NCBI GenBank assembly: GCA_963710165.1
Contig: CAVPYZ010000005.1
Coordinates: 153,447-217,446, forward strand
DNA: 64,000 nucleotides
Source: an uncultured Alphaproteobacteria bacterium
GTDB lineage: Bacteria; Pseudomonadota; Alphaproteobacteria; Micavibrionales; Micavibrionaceae
Reading direction: 5' to 3'
Part shown: one piece after another, positions 37,936-47,159 of the stretch
Layout: every line of letters starts with the position of its first letter
Position numbering within the stretch: position 1 is the stretch's first letter
The notes under the pieces: generated by a model
The model's database searches: none
The model's input: only the letters and a program-made list of their open reading frames with translations
What the model was told of the DNA's origin: nothing
Made by a program: the position numbers and the translations under genes

Positions 37936-38688
37936 ATGGCTTTTTCCTATAAAGCATTTTCCGAATTTTACAGTGCCAAGCTAGGGGTTTTGGCACAGCG
38001 TTTTATTATGACGCGTATGACAGAAATCTGGCCCGATGTGCGTCATCACAGCCTGTTAGCACTTGGGTATGCCCAGCCATATCTTGAAAATTACGCAGCG
38101 CAAGCGGAACGTACAGTCATTATGACACCAAATGCTGATGATGGTGTACCATGGACGCTACAGGCGAAAAATGTTTTGTGCTATGCCAAGCCGACGTTAC
38201 AACCATTTGGCTACGAAAGCTTTGATCGCATTCTGGCGATCCATTCATTGGAATTTACCGAAAATTTATCGGAGGCGCTGCATGAATCGTGGCGTGTTTT
38301 AAAGCCCAACGGACGTATGATGATTATCGTTCCTAACCGGATGAGCACATGGGCGCGTACCGATAATTGCCCGTTTGCCTATGGCGCGCCATTTACCGTT
38401 TCGCAAATTAAACATGCCTTGCATGAGAATAATTTTATGATCGAGCGACAACGTAAGGGCTTATTTATTCCGCCTTTTGAGACGAATTTTATGCTTTCGC
38501 TCAGTCCGTTTTTTGAGGGGTTGGGCAGCTCGGTTTTCAAATCATTTGGCGGTGTTCATGTGATTGAAGTCAGTAAGAAAATCTATGCCCCGATTAAGCC
38601 GGATAAAGGCAGCGCGATTGCCGCCGCAAAGAAAATCCTTATCCCTGCAAAGCCTGTATCCTCGTCAAATTACGAAAAAAGGGACTAG
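37936..38688 (+). CDS. class I SAM-dependent methyltransferase-like protein
   Basis: It has a Methyltransf_11-like core (FDRILAIHSLEF...LKPNGRMMIIVPN). The ATG at 37936 is preferred. Confidence 0.6.
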   Translation: MAFSYKAFSEFYSAKLGVLAQRFIMTRMTEIWPDVRHHSLLALGYAQPYLENYAAQAERTVIMTPNADDGVPWTLQAKNVLCYAKPTLQPFGYESFDRILAIHSLEFTENLSEALHESWRVLKPNGRMMIIVPNRMSTWARTDNCPFAYGAPFTVSQIKHALHENNFMIERQRKGLFIPPFETNFMLSLSPFFEGLGSSVFKSFGGVHVIEVSKKIYAPIKPDKGSAIAAAKKILIPAKPVSSSNYEKRD

Positions 38689-39755
38689 TCTTTTCTCCAC
38701 CCAAACGGGTCTTCGGGATTAACGCCGTCCATGAACTGTTTTTTACGATCAACATTGGTAACCTGATAAATCGCACCGACCCAATTACCGATCATAGCGC
38801 GCGCGCTGTCACGCCACGTACAATCAAGTAGCGGCTCAAGATCTTTTTCAGGGAAGGTATCAAGTGATGAAATAGCGCCTGATGTCACATCTTGTTCAAA
38901 TCGCGTCAAAACTGCTTTGACCTCTTCATTAAAATAACGCTCTAGCAGAGGCGGATAATCGTCACGCTCACCTTCTATATAGCGTGCAATTTCGCGGCGG
39001 TATTCTTTCAACAGCGAATGAATATCATATTCGGGATGTGCCTGCATACAGATCAGGCGAAATCCATCGGGGCTGACCGCCACATGTACGCCTGCTTCTT
39101 CGCTCTCAACCAGAATTTTCAATCCTGCCTGTTCGAATTGCGCTCTGGATAAATCGGAATAGCGGGAGTGGGGCGCATCAAAAACGGTGTTCATACTGCG
39201 ACATAGCGGATGGGCACGGTCAAGAACACGATGACTAAAAACGCCCCAGCGTTTAGTTTCGCGCATCGCCGGTGTGGCGCCATATAATTTACGCACTGCG
39301 GCGTGGGATGCCAGACAGGAACAAATCGTTGAGGTGACATTCTCACTCGCCCATTCCAGAACATCATAAAGCGGTTCCCAAAACTCCTCTTCATTCAGAT
39401 AGGGGTTTGTCTCTTCATTTGCACCGGTAACAATCAAGGCGTCTAGCCCGTCTTCCTTGATCTGATCCCATGATTCATAAAAGCGGTTAATGTGTTCCTT
39501 TGCCGCGCCGCCGCGTTTAAACGTATCAACGGTAAAGGGATGCATATGAAACTGGGCAATCTTGTTACTCTCCCCGATTAATCTGAAAAACTGGCGTTCC
39601 GTTGCTTCTAAGGCGGCGTCGGGCATCATATTTAAAAACCCGATATGAAGCTCGCGAATATCCTGTTGATATGCACGATCAGGGGGCAAGACAACGCGTC
39701 CTTCATTAAGGAGGCGATGAAAGGTCGGCAGATCATTATGGGCGATGAGGGGCAT
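38685..39755 (-). CDS. metA: homoserine O-acyltransferase MetA (long form)
   Basis: It has MPLIAHNDLP..., LNMMP, LIVTGA, active-site Cys context TSTICSCLASHAA, HSRYS and HPEYD. The ATG at 39755 is preferred over the TTG at 39791. Confidence 0.85.
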   Translation of the reverse strand: MPLIAHNDLPTFHRLLNEGRVVLPPDRAYQQDIRELHIGFLNMMPDAALEATERQFFRLIGESNKIAQFHMHPFTVDTFKRGGAAKEHINRFYESWDQIKEDGLDALIVTGANEETNPYLNEEEFWEPLYDVLEWASENVTSTICSCLASHAAVRKLYGATPAMRETKRWGVFSHRVLDRAHPLCRSMNTVFDAPHSRYSDLSRAQFEQAGLKILVESEEAGVHVAVSPDGFRLICMQAHPEYDIHSLLKEYRREIARYIEGERDDYPPLLERYFNEEVKAVLTRFEQDVTSGAISSLDTFPEKDLEPLLDCTWRDSARAMIGNWVGAIYQVTNVDRKKQFMDGVNPEDPFGWRKD

Positions 39756-39986
39756 CTTCAAGTTATAAGTTTTTCTTGCGGCAAAAGTCAAAGTCTGTTT
39801 AATTTATCTCTATGTTGAAACCACGCACATGTTTTGTAGCTTACTATCTTTACGCCCCTTACGCGTAGTGGCGTGACATATCCTATTCCCATTCCAAATT
39901 TTTGTTTTTTAATTATGTCTGCATCCGCAGGTATAATTTATAGTTATAATGCGACCCATCGGGGTCATTAGTAGAAAGTATGTAAG

Positions 39987-40895
39987 ATGTTTGAAAAAGT
40001 AACAATTATCGGCTTTGGTCTGATTGGATCATCCTTTGCACAAGCGATAAAAAGGCAAGGTCAGGTCAAACAGATTGTCGCCGCCGATAAATCAGAGGAG
40101 GTCTGCCGCCTAGTCCTTGAACACGAATTGGCCGATCATGCGACGATAAATCTGGAAGAAGCGGTTACAGACGCCGATATTGTGGTGCTTGCCGTTCCGG
40201 TCGGTTCAATGGGGGAGATGGTCAAAGCCATTGCGCCTTTTTTGAAAGAGGGCGCGGTATTAACCGATACAGGTTCTGTCAAAGGCTCGGTCGCCATCGC
40301 GGTCAAGCCGCATTTGCCCGAAAATATTTCCTTTGTTCCGGCGCACCCGATTGCTGGATCTGAATTTTCCGGCCCGTTGGCAGGATTTCCGGAATTATTC
40401 GAAGGGCGCTGGGTCATTTTAACACCGCTGGATGAAACGCCGTTGCGCGCGGTTGAAAAAGTGACTGCCTTGTGGGAAATGACAGGCGCGAATATAGATA
40501 TTATGTCGCCTTCGCATCACGATCTGGTTTTGGGTATCACCTCCCACTTGCCGCATTTGATTGCCTATACCATTGTTGATACGGCAACCAATCTGGAAGA
40601 TGATATAAAATCGGAAGTAATTAAATATTCCGCATCGGGATTTCGGGATTTTACACGGATTGCCGCCTCTGACCCGACCATGTGGCGGGATATTTTTCTG
40701 AATAATAAAGATGCTGTTCTGGAAGTATTGCAAAGATTTACCGAAGATTTAACCGCCCTGCAACGTGCGATCAGATACGCGGACGGGGAATATCTTTATC
40801 AAACGTTTGAACGCACGCGCAGCGTCCGAAAAGCCATTATTGACGCGAGGCAGGCGGATTATCCGGACGCACCCAACCCGAAAAAGGCTGCCTAG
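39987..40895 (+). CDS. tyrC: prephenate/arogenate dehydrogenase
   Basis: It has VTIIGFGLIGSSFA Rossmann motif, AHPIAGSE and SHLPHLIAY. Confidence 0.85.
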   Translation: MFEKVTIIGFGLIGSSFAQAIKRQGQVKQIVAADKSEEVCRLVLEHELADHATINLEEAVTDADIVVLAVPVGSMGEMVKAIAPFLKEGAVLTDTGSVKGSVAIAVKPHLPENISFVPAHPIAGSEFSGPLAGFPELFEGRWVILTPLDETPLRAVEKVTALWEMTGANIDIMSPSHHDLVLGITSHLPHLIAYTIVDTATNLEDDIKSEVIKYSASGFRDFTRIAASDPTMWRDIFLNNKDAVLEVLQRFTEDLTALQRAIRYADGEYLYQTFERTRSVRKAIIDARQADYPDAPNPKKAA

Positions 40896-41658
40896 CGCCG
40901 TCGGGTCTGGGCCAGTGGATAATCGGTAACGCACCCAGGCGGATCATATTCAAATAGAACGCGTTATTCTGCAGACGAAAGGGCAGAATAACCGCGCCGT
41001 TTGATTTATCTATTGCATTCAGAAAAGTCAGAAGCATAAGCTTTTTGCTACTTGATAAACCGATTTCCTCGGCAATAATTGTGACGAAGAAATTATGATT
41101 GGTTACGCCTAGACGCGCCTCCCCCTCCGGCTGTAAATCATCATTCAGGCGGATTTCTGTATCTGCAAAAATACTGGCATCTGTCCATTGCAGGCTGAGG
41201 GACGGAATTTTTAAGTGGGCATTGCCTTCTGCTTGCCAGATTTTGAGATAGGGATAGGTAAATTCAGGGGGGGTGCCTGTCGGAACCTCAAATGTCATTG
41301 CGGCTTGTTCCAGTTTTTTTAAATGTTCGGGCAGGCCGCGTGATTGTATTGTCATGCCAAGCGGTGCCAGAACCGTAATCTCTTGCCCCTCAAGAGGAAT
41401 GCCGGAGATCTCAAGTTTTGGAATATTTACATTACCTGCGGGTGTGCGGATGTCACCAGTATAAACCAGATGATACACCCCCGGAAAGCCGTGAGCGGGG
41501 CTGATAATACCATCGAAATAAACCCCCTGATCTTTTTGATCTTCGATAAAACCTGCGACTTCGCGGTCGATGACACGCGCAAAATAATACCAACCTGCCG
41601 TATAAGCACTGCCAAGGATGATCAGAAACAGCGTGAGAAAGAGGAAGATTTTTTTCAT
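40837..41658 (-). CDS. DUF2125-like membrane-anchored protein
   Basis: It has an N-terminal TM helix followed by WYYFARVIDREV. ATGA start/stop coupling links it to plsC. Its last 59 nt overlap the tyrC 3' end. Confidence 0.6.
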   Translation of the reverse strand: MKKIFLFLTLFLIILGSAYTAGWYYFARVIDREVAGFIEDQKDQGVYFDGIISPAHGFPGVYHLVYTGDIRTPAGNVNIPKLEISGIPLEGQEITVLAPLGMTIQSRGLPEHLKKLEQAAMTFEVPTGTPPEFTYPYLKIWQAEGNAHLKIPSLSLQWTDASIFADTEIRLNDDLQPEGEARLGVTNHNFFVTIIAEEIGLSSSKKLMLLTFLNAIDKSNGAVILPFRLQNNAFYLNMIRLGALPIIHWPRPDGARQPFSGWVRPDNPPASRQ

Positions 41659-42377
41659 TGAGATAACAGCTTTTTGCTTTCTTTTTCGATGTGTTCTTCA
41701 AGCTGTTGAATAACATCTTCTGGCTTACGATCATCGGCTATAACAGGGGGTAAAAATTCAAATATCACGGTTCCTGACTGCTTGACCCACGAATTACGTG
41801 GCCAGAATTTCCCCGTATTGGTTACCATGGGAATAATAGGTAGACCCGTGGCCTCTTGCATGCGGGCAATGCCGATTTTATATGGTTTTTCTTTTGTATC
41901 CTGATCAATACGCACGCGGGTTCCTTGCGGAAAAATAATAATGGGTCGTCCCTGTGTCATGATCCGTTTTGCACCATCAATGATCTGTTTTGATGCTTTC
42001 TTACCGTTCTTTCGGTCAATCGCAATCGGGTTTGTACGCGCCAGAAACCAGCCCCAGACAGGAATATAGAGAAGCTCTTTCTTAAGGATAATGGCTGGGT
42101 CATCGAAAATGAAATGAAGCTTTAATGTCTCATATGTTGATTGATGCTTTGCCGCAACCAGATAGCTTCCCTCTTTCGGCAAATGCTGTGCGCCGCGTAC
42201 TTCATAATCCAACCCTAGGATATTTTTTTCCAGAAAATAGATCACTTTTAGGTGAAAAACGGCAATCCACATGGCGACAGGGCGCGGAAATATGACGGCG
42301 GGCACGAACAAAATACACATCAAACCAACAACGCCGTAAAAGCACATATTAAAAAGAACGGAGCGGATATAGATCAT
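41655..42377 (-). CDS. plsC: 1-acyl-sn-glycerol-3-phosphate acyltransferase
   Basis: It has AAKHQSTYET (H-x4-D/E block) and FPQGTR. Confidence 0.8.
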   Translation of the reverse strand: MIYIRSVLFNMCFYGVVGLMCILFVPAVIFPRPVAMWIAVFHLKVIYFLEKNILGLDYEVRGAQHLPKEGSYLVAAKHQSTYETLKLHFIFDDPAIILKKELLYIPVWGWFLARTNPIAIDRKNGKKASKQIIDGAKRIMTQGRPIIIFPQGTRVRIDQDTKEKPYKIGIARMQEATGLPIIPMVTNTGKFWPRNSWVKQSGTVIFEFLPPVIADDRKPEDVIQQLEEHIEKESKKLLSQ

Positions 42378-42955
42378 GATAATGGCGCGAAAGCGTTCCT
42401 TAAGTACGTGAGAACAGTTTTATGATATTCATTCACAAGCAGTTTAATAAATTGCCATGTCGAGCGATCTTCCTTTTCTGCGTGAAGCGGATGAGGATAG
42501 ATTTTCACCTCAGGCACAGTAAAGGAAAATTCCATCTGCGCGCGCGGCATATGATAGTCGGATGTCACGAGGAAGACGCTGTTGATATTATTTTGCTGAA
42601 TCCATTCGGCGCTTTCCGTGGCATTGCCCCACGTATTTGTGGCGGCATATCCCAGATCAACACAACAATCAGGCAGGGGCACACCGTCCCAGCGTTCTTT
42701 CAGCATATCAATCGTCACGTCCTTATGAACGCCGGAAATAAATAATTGCGGGGCGCGTTTTGTTGCGAACAGGTAAAATCCTTCTTCGATCCGTCCCTTA
42801 TCACCGGTCAGGACGATAATGGCATCGGCTCTTGGAACTTTGGTGGTGCTTTGTTCGGTCGTGACGGTTTCTGTAGAGAACCACAAAAGCCCCGCGCACC
42901 ATAATGTAAGAAATGTCATGCTGATAAAAAGGAGTATATAGGAAAGTTTTTTCAT
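42374..42955 (-). CDS. YdcF/DUF218-family protein
   Basis: It has an N-terminal TM helix, IIVLTGDKGRIEEG and TSDYHMPRA. Confidence 0.7.
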   Translation of the reverse strand: MKKLSYILLFISMTFLTLWCAGLLWFSTETVTTEQSTTKVPRADAIIVLTGDKGRIEEGFYLFATKRAPQLFISGVHKDVTIDMLKERWDGVPLPDCCVDLGYAATNTWGNATESAEWIQQNNINSVFLVTSDYHMPRAQMEFSFTVPEVKIYPHPLHAEKEDRSTWQFIKLLVNEYHKTVLTYLRNAFAPLS

Positions 42956-42968
42956 GTCGTCCTCTTTC

Positions 42969-43937
42969 TTACAGCATCTTTTGCAGTCGATGCAAGACCG
43001 CCCAGCGTGTTGTCATAACACACAACATAATGATAAGAGAAGGAACAACCAAAAAGCACAGCCAGAACATGGGCGTTGGTGTGAAAGTCGGCAAAAGGGT
43101 ATCTTCACTTCCTGATAAAAACAGTCCCAATCCGTAAATAAACACGGCGCATATAAATAAGCCAACCAGTGCGCCTTGCAGGGAAATAATAAAAGCGTGA
43201 CGCTGGAATTGACGGGCGATGTAATTATCCCCCGCACCCATCAGGTGAAGTAATTCAACGCTTTCCTTATGCTCTGCCATACGGGATTGCATGGCGCCCG
43301 CCACGGCCAAAATCCCCGCCGCGCTGATCACCACGGTAATTAAAACCGCGACCAGTCGCAATGTGCCTGTCAAACGCAGAAGCTCCTCTAGCCAGCTTTC
43401 ATGTTTATCCAGACGGGCGAGGGGCGTGACCTCTTCTATCTGCATACGAATATCATGGGCAGTGCGGTTGCCTGTTTCTTTCATATCGAGTGAGATAAGG
43501 ACTGGGATGGGCATGAAAATTTCGCTGTCTGATGTCTGGCTGTTATCCATATCAGGTTGCATATCGAACCAGGGTGACAGCATTTCTGTGATCTTTTCCT
43601 CGGATAACAATTCCGCGCTTTTTACCGCATGAAATGTTGTTAGCACATCGAGAAGATCAGCAGAAAAACTGTCGATGTTTTCCTTCGTCAGCGGTTCGCC
43701 GTTTTCATCTATAACAGGCAGCTCAACTGTCCAGCGACCTTCCAGTCCGGTTTGCCAATTTGCTGCAAAGTCTTTCAAAATATAAGCCGAGCTGACCGAT
43801 AACAGCATCAAAAAGACCATTAAGCCCGTCAGAACGGTCAGGAATAAGCGCCCCGAACCTTTATCAAGAGGAATATCGTAGGTGTGTTTTTCGGAAACAC
43901 CAAGCGGGCGATCTTTACGTTTAAATTTGCGGATCAT
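42969..43937 (-). CDS. ftsX: cell-division ABC permease-like protein FtsX
   Basis: 322 aa with a TM helix, a periplasmic domain and three C-terminal TM helices. ATGA-type coupling links it to ftsE. Confidence 0.8.
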   Translation of the reverse strand: MIRKFKRKDRPLGVSEKHTYDIPLDKGSGRLFLTVLTGLMVFLMLLSVSSAYILKDFAANWQTGLEGRWTVELPVIDENGEPLTKENIDSFSADLLDVLTTFHAVKSAELLSEEKITEMLSPWFDMQPDMDNSQTSDSEIFMPIPVLISLDMKETGNRTAHDIRMQIEEVTPLARLDKHESWLEELLRLTGTLRLVAVLITVVISAAGILAVAGAMQSRMAEHKESVELLHLMGAGDNYIARQFQRHAFIISLQGALVGLFICAVFIYGLGLFLSGSEDTLLPTFTPTPMFWLCFLVVPSLIIMLCVMTTRWAVLHRLQKML

Positions 43938-44638
43938 TACAGCACCTCATCCACAATTTTTTCAGACGGGCTGATACGTTGTCGTTTAATCTCGACCTCG
44001 CCTTCATGTAACATAATTCGCGGGTGATTGAACTTCTCTATAATCTGTTCATTGTGAGTTGCAATCACGATGGTTGTGCCCGTTTTATTCAACTGTTCGA
44101 ACAAGATCATCAATTTATAACCGATCTCATCATCCAGATTACCTGTTGGCTCATCGGCAAGAAGCAAGCGCGGCTTTGTGACAACGGCGCGCGCGATCGC
44201 TATACGTTGTTGTTGACCACCGGAAAGTGTATGGGGCAGGCGTTTCATATGATCGCCCAGACCAACCCATGTCAGCAACTCCTCTACATTTTTACGAATA
44301 TCTTTTTCTTTACGCCCTTGAATACGTAGGGGCAGGGCCACATTATCAAAAGCAGAGAGATGCTGAAGCAAACGGAAATCCTGAAACACGACGCCGATTT
44401 TCTGACGCAGAAGTGATTTTTCATGACGATCAAGATCGTTGGTATTTTGCCCAAACATAAAAATCTGTCCGCGAGTTGGGCGTATTCCCAAATATAATAA
44501 CCGCATGAGAGAGGTTTTCCCCGCACCGCTGGGGCCGGATAGAAAATGAAATGACCCCGGATCAAGGGTAAAGTGAACATCACTCAACACTTCCGGCCCC
44601 ACACCGTATCTAAGCCCTGCATTTTCGAATTTAATCAC
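43937..44638 (-). CDS. ftsE: cell-division ATP-binding protein FtsE
   Basis: It has [24 protein letters not shown] and [12 protein letters not shown]. Confidence 0.92.
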   Translation of the reverse strand: MIKFENAGLRYGVGPEVLSDVHFTLDPGSFHFLSGPSGAGKTSLMRLLYLGIRPTRGQIFMFGQNTNDLDRHEKSLLRQKIGVVFQDFRLLQHLSAFDNVALPLRIQGRKEKDIRKNVEELLTWVGLGDHMKRLPHTLSGGQQQRIAIARAVVTKPRLLLADEPTGNLDDEIGYKLMILFEQLNKTGTTIVIATHNEQIIEKFNHPRIMLHEGEVEIKRQRISPSEKIVDEVL

Positions 44639-44645
44639 GAAGTGT

Positions 44646-45377
44646 CTACTTTCCTGCGCGTTCTTTTGATTGACGTTGCGTGTCCAGAATAAACTGAATC
44701 GCCTCGACTGTTATAACCGGATTTGTAATATAGAGCGTCGTATTGAACGCGTCTTGATATTTTTCACTTTCGGCAAAGATTTTTGATACATTTTTATAGG
44801 CCTTGTTTTTGAAAGGTATACTCTCAATTGCGGCAATGCTTTGCATGGCAAGGTCGTACTTGCCCTTCTCGGCTTGTATCTCTGCGGTTTCGCCATAGGC
44901 CTTATGACGTAACGCTTCATTTTTCATTTCGGAGGCTGTTTGGATGGCGCCTGCATCATCTTCGGCAAAGGCTTGCGCCATAGCAATATAGGTCAAGGCA
45001 ATACCATAGGATGGCGGATCGGTTATTTTTTCTGCTTCGGTACGTAACAACATAAATAAATTTTCGGGAACACGACCAGCCATTGCCGCCTCCATTCCGA
45101 TACCGCGAATGGTCAATGCTTTGGTATCCGGACTTTGAATTTTACTGATGAGAGGGAGCGCATCTGTGGCACGTCCGCTTGCCGCCATTGTTTTTGCAAC
45201 CTCGCGGTATGTCTGGTCTTTCCAGCGGCGATCGTCGATTTCCTCGGCTAATGATAAAATATGATCAGTCAGGCACGTCTGATTTTTTGCATTGCACGGT
45301 GTTTCTTGCGCTTGTGCCATGCCGGAAAAAACGACTATTACCAGTGATAGAAAAAGGGGATAAGCGCATTTAACCAT
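44646..45377 (-). CDS. secreted helical-repeat protein, function unknown
   Basis: It has signal peptide ...VFSGMAQAQ and an Ala-rich, helix-repeat-looking body. Its stop lies 7 nt upstream of the ftsE start. Confidence 0.5.
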   Translation of the reverse strand: MVKCAYPLFLSLVIVVFSGMAQAQETPCNAKNQTCLTDHILSLAEEIDDRRWKDQTYREVAKTMAASGRATDALPLISKIQSPDTKALTIRGIGMEAAMAGRVPENLFMLLRTEAEKITDPPSYGIALTYIAMAQAFAEDDAGAIQTASEMKNEALRHKAYGETAEIQAEKGKYDLAMQSIAAIESIPFKNKAYKNVSKIFAESEKYQDAFNTTLYITNPVITVEAIQFILDTQRQSKERAGK

Positions 45378-45519
45378 TTCAAATTCCGTTTCTGTCTTGT
45401 TTTGTCGCTTTGCCGCGAATAAGTCTCATGTTAAAACAAAATATAGTATGTGAAAAACGACTTATAATGTTTTTTGTCTCAATACATATTTATTTTATAG
45501 AGTATATGGTTCTAAAGTC

Positions 45520-46290
45520 ATGATTGTCACTTGTCCGAATTGCGAAACCCGCTTTGAAGTCGACCCCGAAAAACTGGGGGAAGAAGGCCGTAAAGTGCGT
45601 TGCGGCGAATGCTCATCTGTGTGGTTACAACCCAGAGAAGAAGAGAGTGACGACGACGAGTTATATGAAGATGACGTTTTAAACGAAGATGATGATATTG
45701 AAGATGAAAGTGAAGACATCGCCTTCATCGATATGGTTGAAAATGACGATGAACCTGCTTCAGCCCCCGCCATAGATATAATACAAGGCCAGCCATCGTC
45801 GACTCCGTCTTCGTCAGATAGAAAAGGTCACACAGGGGGGCGCATAGCGGCGGGAATATTATTCATCTTTGTTTTGGCGGGATTATGGATGTTAAAGCCG
45901 ACTATCACGCAAGCATGGCCCGCCATGCATTCTGTTTACGGAATATTCGGTAACGCAGAAACAGTTCTCAGCAATAATGATATTTCTTTTGAGCGTTTTG
46001 ACGTTTTGCAAAGTGGTCAGGTTTTAGAAATTAACGGCATGATTTATAATCTGAAAGATGAGGCAATTACCCTACCGCCGCTCAAAATTTCAATGAAAAA
46101 CAAAGCGGGGGATGTTTTGGAAAGCAAAATAATCACTTTGCCCCAGCCCGTGATTGAGCAAGAAGCAACAAAAGAGTTCAGCCGTATGATTGACTTAATA
46201 ACAGATCAAAGCGTAACGTCGATTGAGATACGCCCTGTCACATTTTATGATCATGACATGACAGAAGTCCACGCGGACGGCGCACCTTAA
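45520..46290 (+). CDS. MJ0042-type zinc-ribbon protein with acidic linker, TM helix and DUF3426-like C-domain
   Basis: It has MIVTCPNCETRFEV...VRCGECSSVW, an acidic stretch, a TM helix (IAAGILFIFVLAGLWML) and a beta-rich C-terminus. Confidence 0.75.
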   Translation: MIVTCPNCETRFEVDPEKLGEEGRKVRCGECSSVWLQPREEESDDDELYEDDVLNEDDDIEDESEDIAFIDMVENDDEPASAPAIDIIQGQPSSTPSSSDRKGHTGGRIAAGILFIFVLAGLWMLKPTITQAWPAMHSVYGIFGNAETVLSNNDISFERFDVLQSGQVLEINGMIYNLKDEAITLPPLKISMKNKAGDVLESKIITLPQPVIEQEATKEFSRMIDLITDQSVTSIEIRPVTFYDHDMTEVHADGAP

Positions 46291-46433
46291 TCAATTGTAT
46301 CATCTGCAGGATATGTTTTCGGAAACATATTTTCGTTCCCCGATGGCGGTGTCAGGCTATCCGGTTTAATTCCACACGCATTCAAACCAGTTGTGGCAAT
46401 AAGGATAAATAAAATAATTTTTAAATGTTCCAA
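46287..46433 (-). CDS. candidate 48-aa lipoprotein, below the ORF-track size cut-off
   Basis: A TTG start gives MEHLKIILFILIATTGLNACGIKPDSLTPPSG..., with lipobox LNAC followed by a Pro-rich tail. A hairpin lies inside the ORF, which lowers confidence. Confidence 0.3.
   Translation of the reverse strand: MEHLKIILFILIATTGLNACGIKPDSLTPPSGNENMFPKTYPADDTID
46311..46336 (+). terminator. hairpin plus T-tract downstream of the zinc-ribbon gene
   Basis: It reads ATATGTTT-TCGG-AAACATAT followed by TTTCGTT. The stem is AT-rich. Confidence 0.5.
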
Positions 46434-46483
46434 AACATACTATCTTTCTGTTTAAGAATAGAATTTAAAACGCATTGGTGCGA

Positions 46484-47122
46484 ATGACAAACAAAAATTA
46501 CTTCCTTTTACTTGCCGCAGGCATATTTACGATTATTCTGGCCTTGGTGATGATCAAGATGATCTATGACCGTGATATGACCATGCCGCCTGCCTATAAG
46601 ACGTTTATGGACCGGACATTTATCAAATATAATATATTTGAAGGACAGCAGAAACCGTTTCCCGATAATGTAGTCTTTTATGATCCGAAAGGGCAGCCCG
46701 TTACGATCCAGAATTTCCGCGGGCAATATCTTTTGATTAATTTTTGGGCGACATGGTGTCCGGGATGTGTCAAGGAACTGCCATCTTTAGAAAATCTGCG
46801 TAATTACGTACAGAGAAAAGATTATCCACTGACACTAATTGCGGTTTCTCTGGATCGTGAAAAAGATGCCAATGAACTGGCGGCGTTTCTGGTTGATAAT
46901 AAGATTGGGCCTTTTGCCCTGTATCATGATCGCGACAAGGCTATTTTGCGCGCATATTATATGGAGGGCATGCCCACAACTCTGCTAATTGACCCCGAAG
47001 GGTATGTGCTTTACGAATTTCTGGGAGAGGCGGATTGGACGGATTATTTTCTGATAGAATTCCTACGCGATGAGATGGGACCATTTATAGAGGTGCTGGA
47101 AAAAGATAAATCTTCAAAATAG
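46484..47122 (+). CDS. TlpA-family thiol:disulfide oxidoreductase
   Basis: It has an N-terminal TM anchor and a thioredoxin fold with FWATWCPGC. Confidence 0.8.
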   Translation: MTNKNYFLLLAAGIFTIILALVMIKMIYDRDMTMPPAYKTFMDRTFIKYNIFEGQQKPFPDNVVFYDPKGQPVTIQNFRGQYLLINFWATWCPGCVKELPSLENLRNYVQRKDYPLTLIAVSLDREKDANELAAFLVDNKIGPFALYHDRDKAILRAYYMEGMPTTLLIDPEGYVLYEFLGEADWTDYFLIEFLRDEMGPFIEVLEKDKSSK

Positions 47123-47159
47123 TGGGGATTTTTTAAGATTTATCTGCGAAACTATATGG

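Noticed and set aside
39756-39986. Possible SAM-II (metA-element) riboswitch upstream of metA.
   Set aside because: The minus-strand leader has a short ACGCC/GGCGT hairpin and an AAGCU. I could not find the complementary GCUU-type strand needed for the SAM-II pseudoknot or triplex. An Infernal scan would settle it, but by eye it does not fit.
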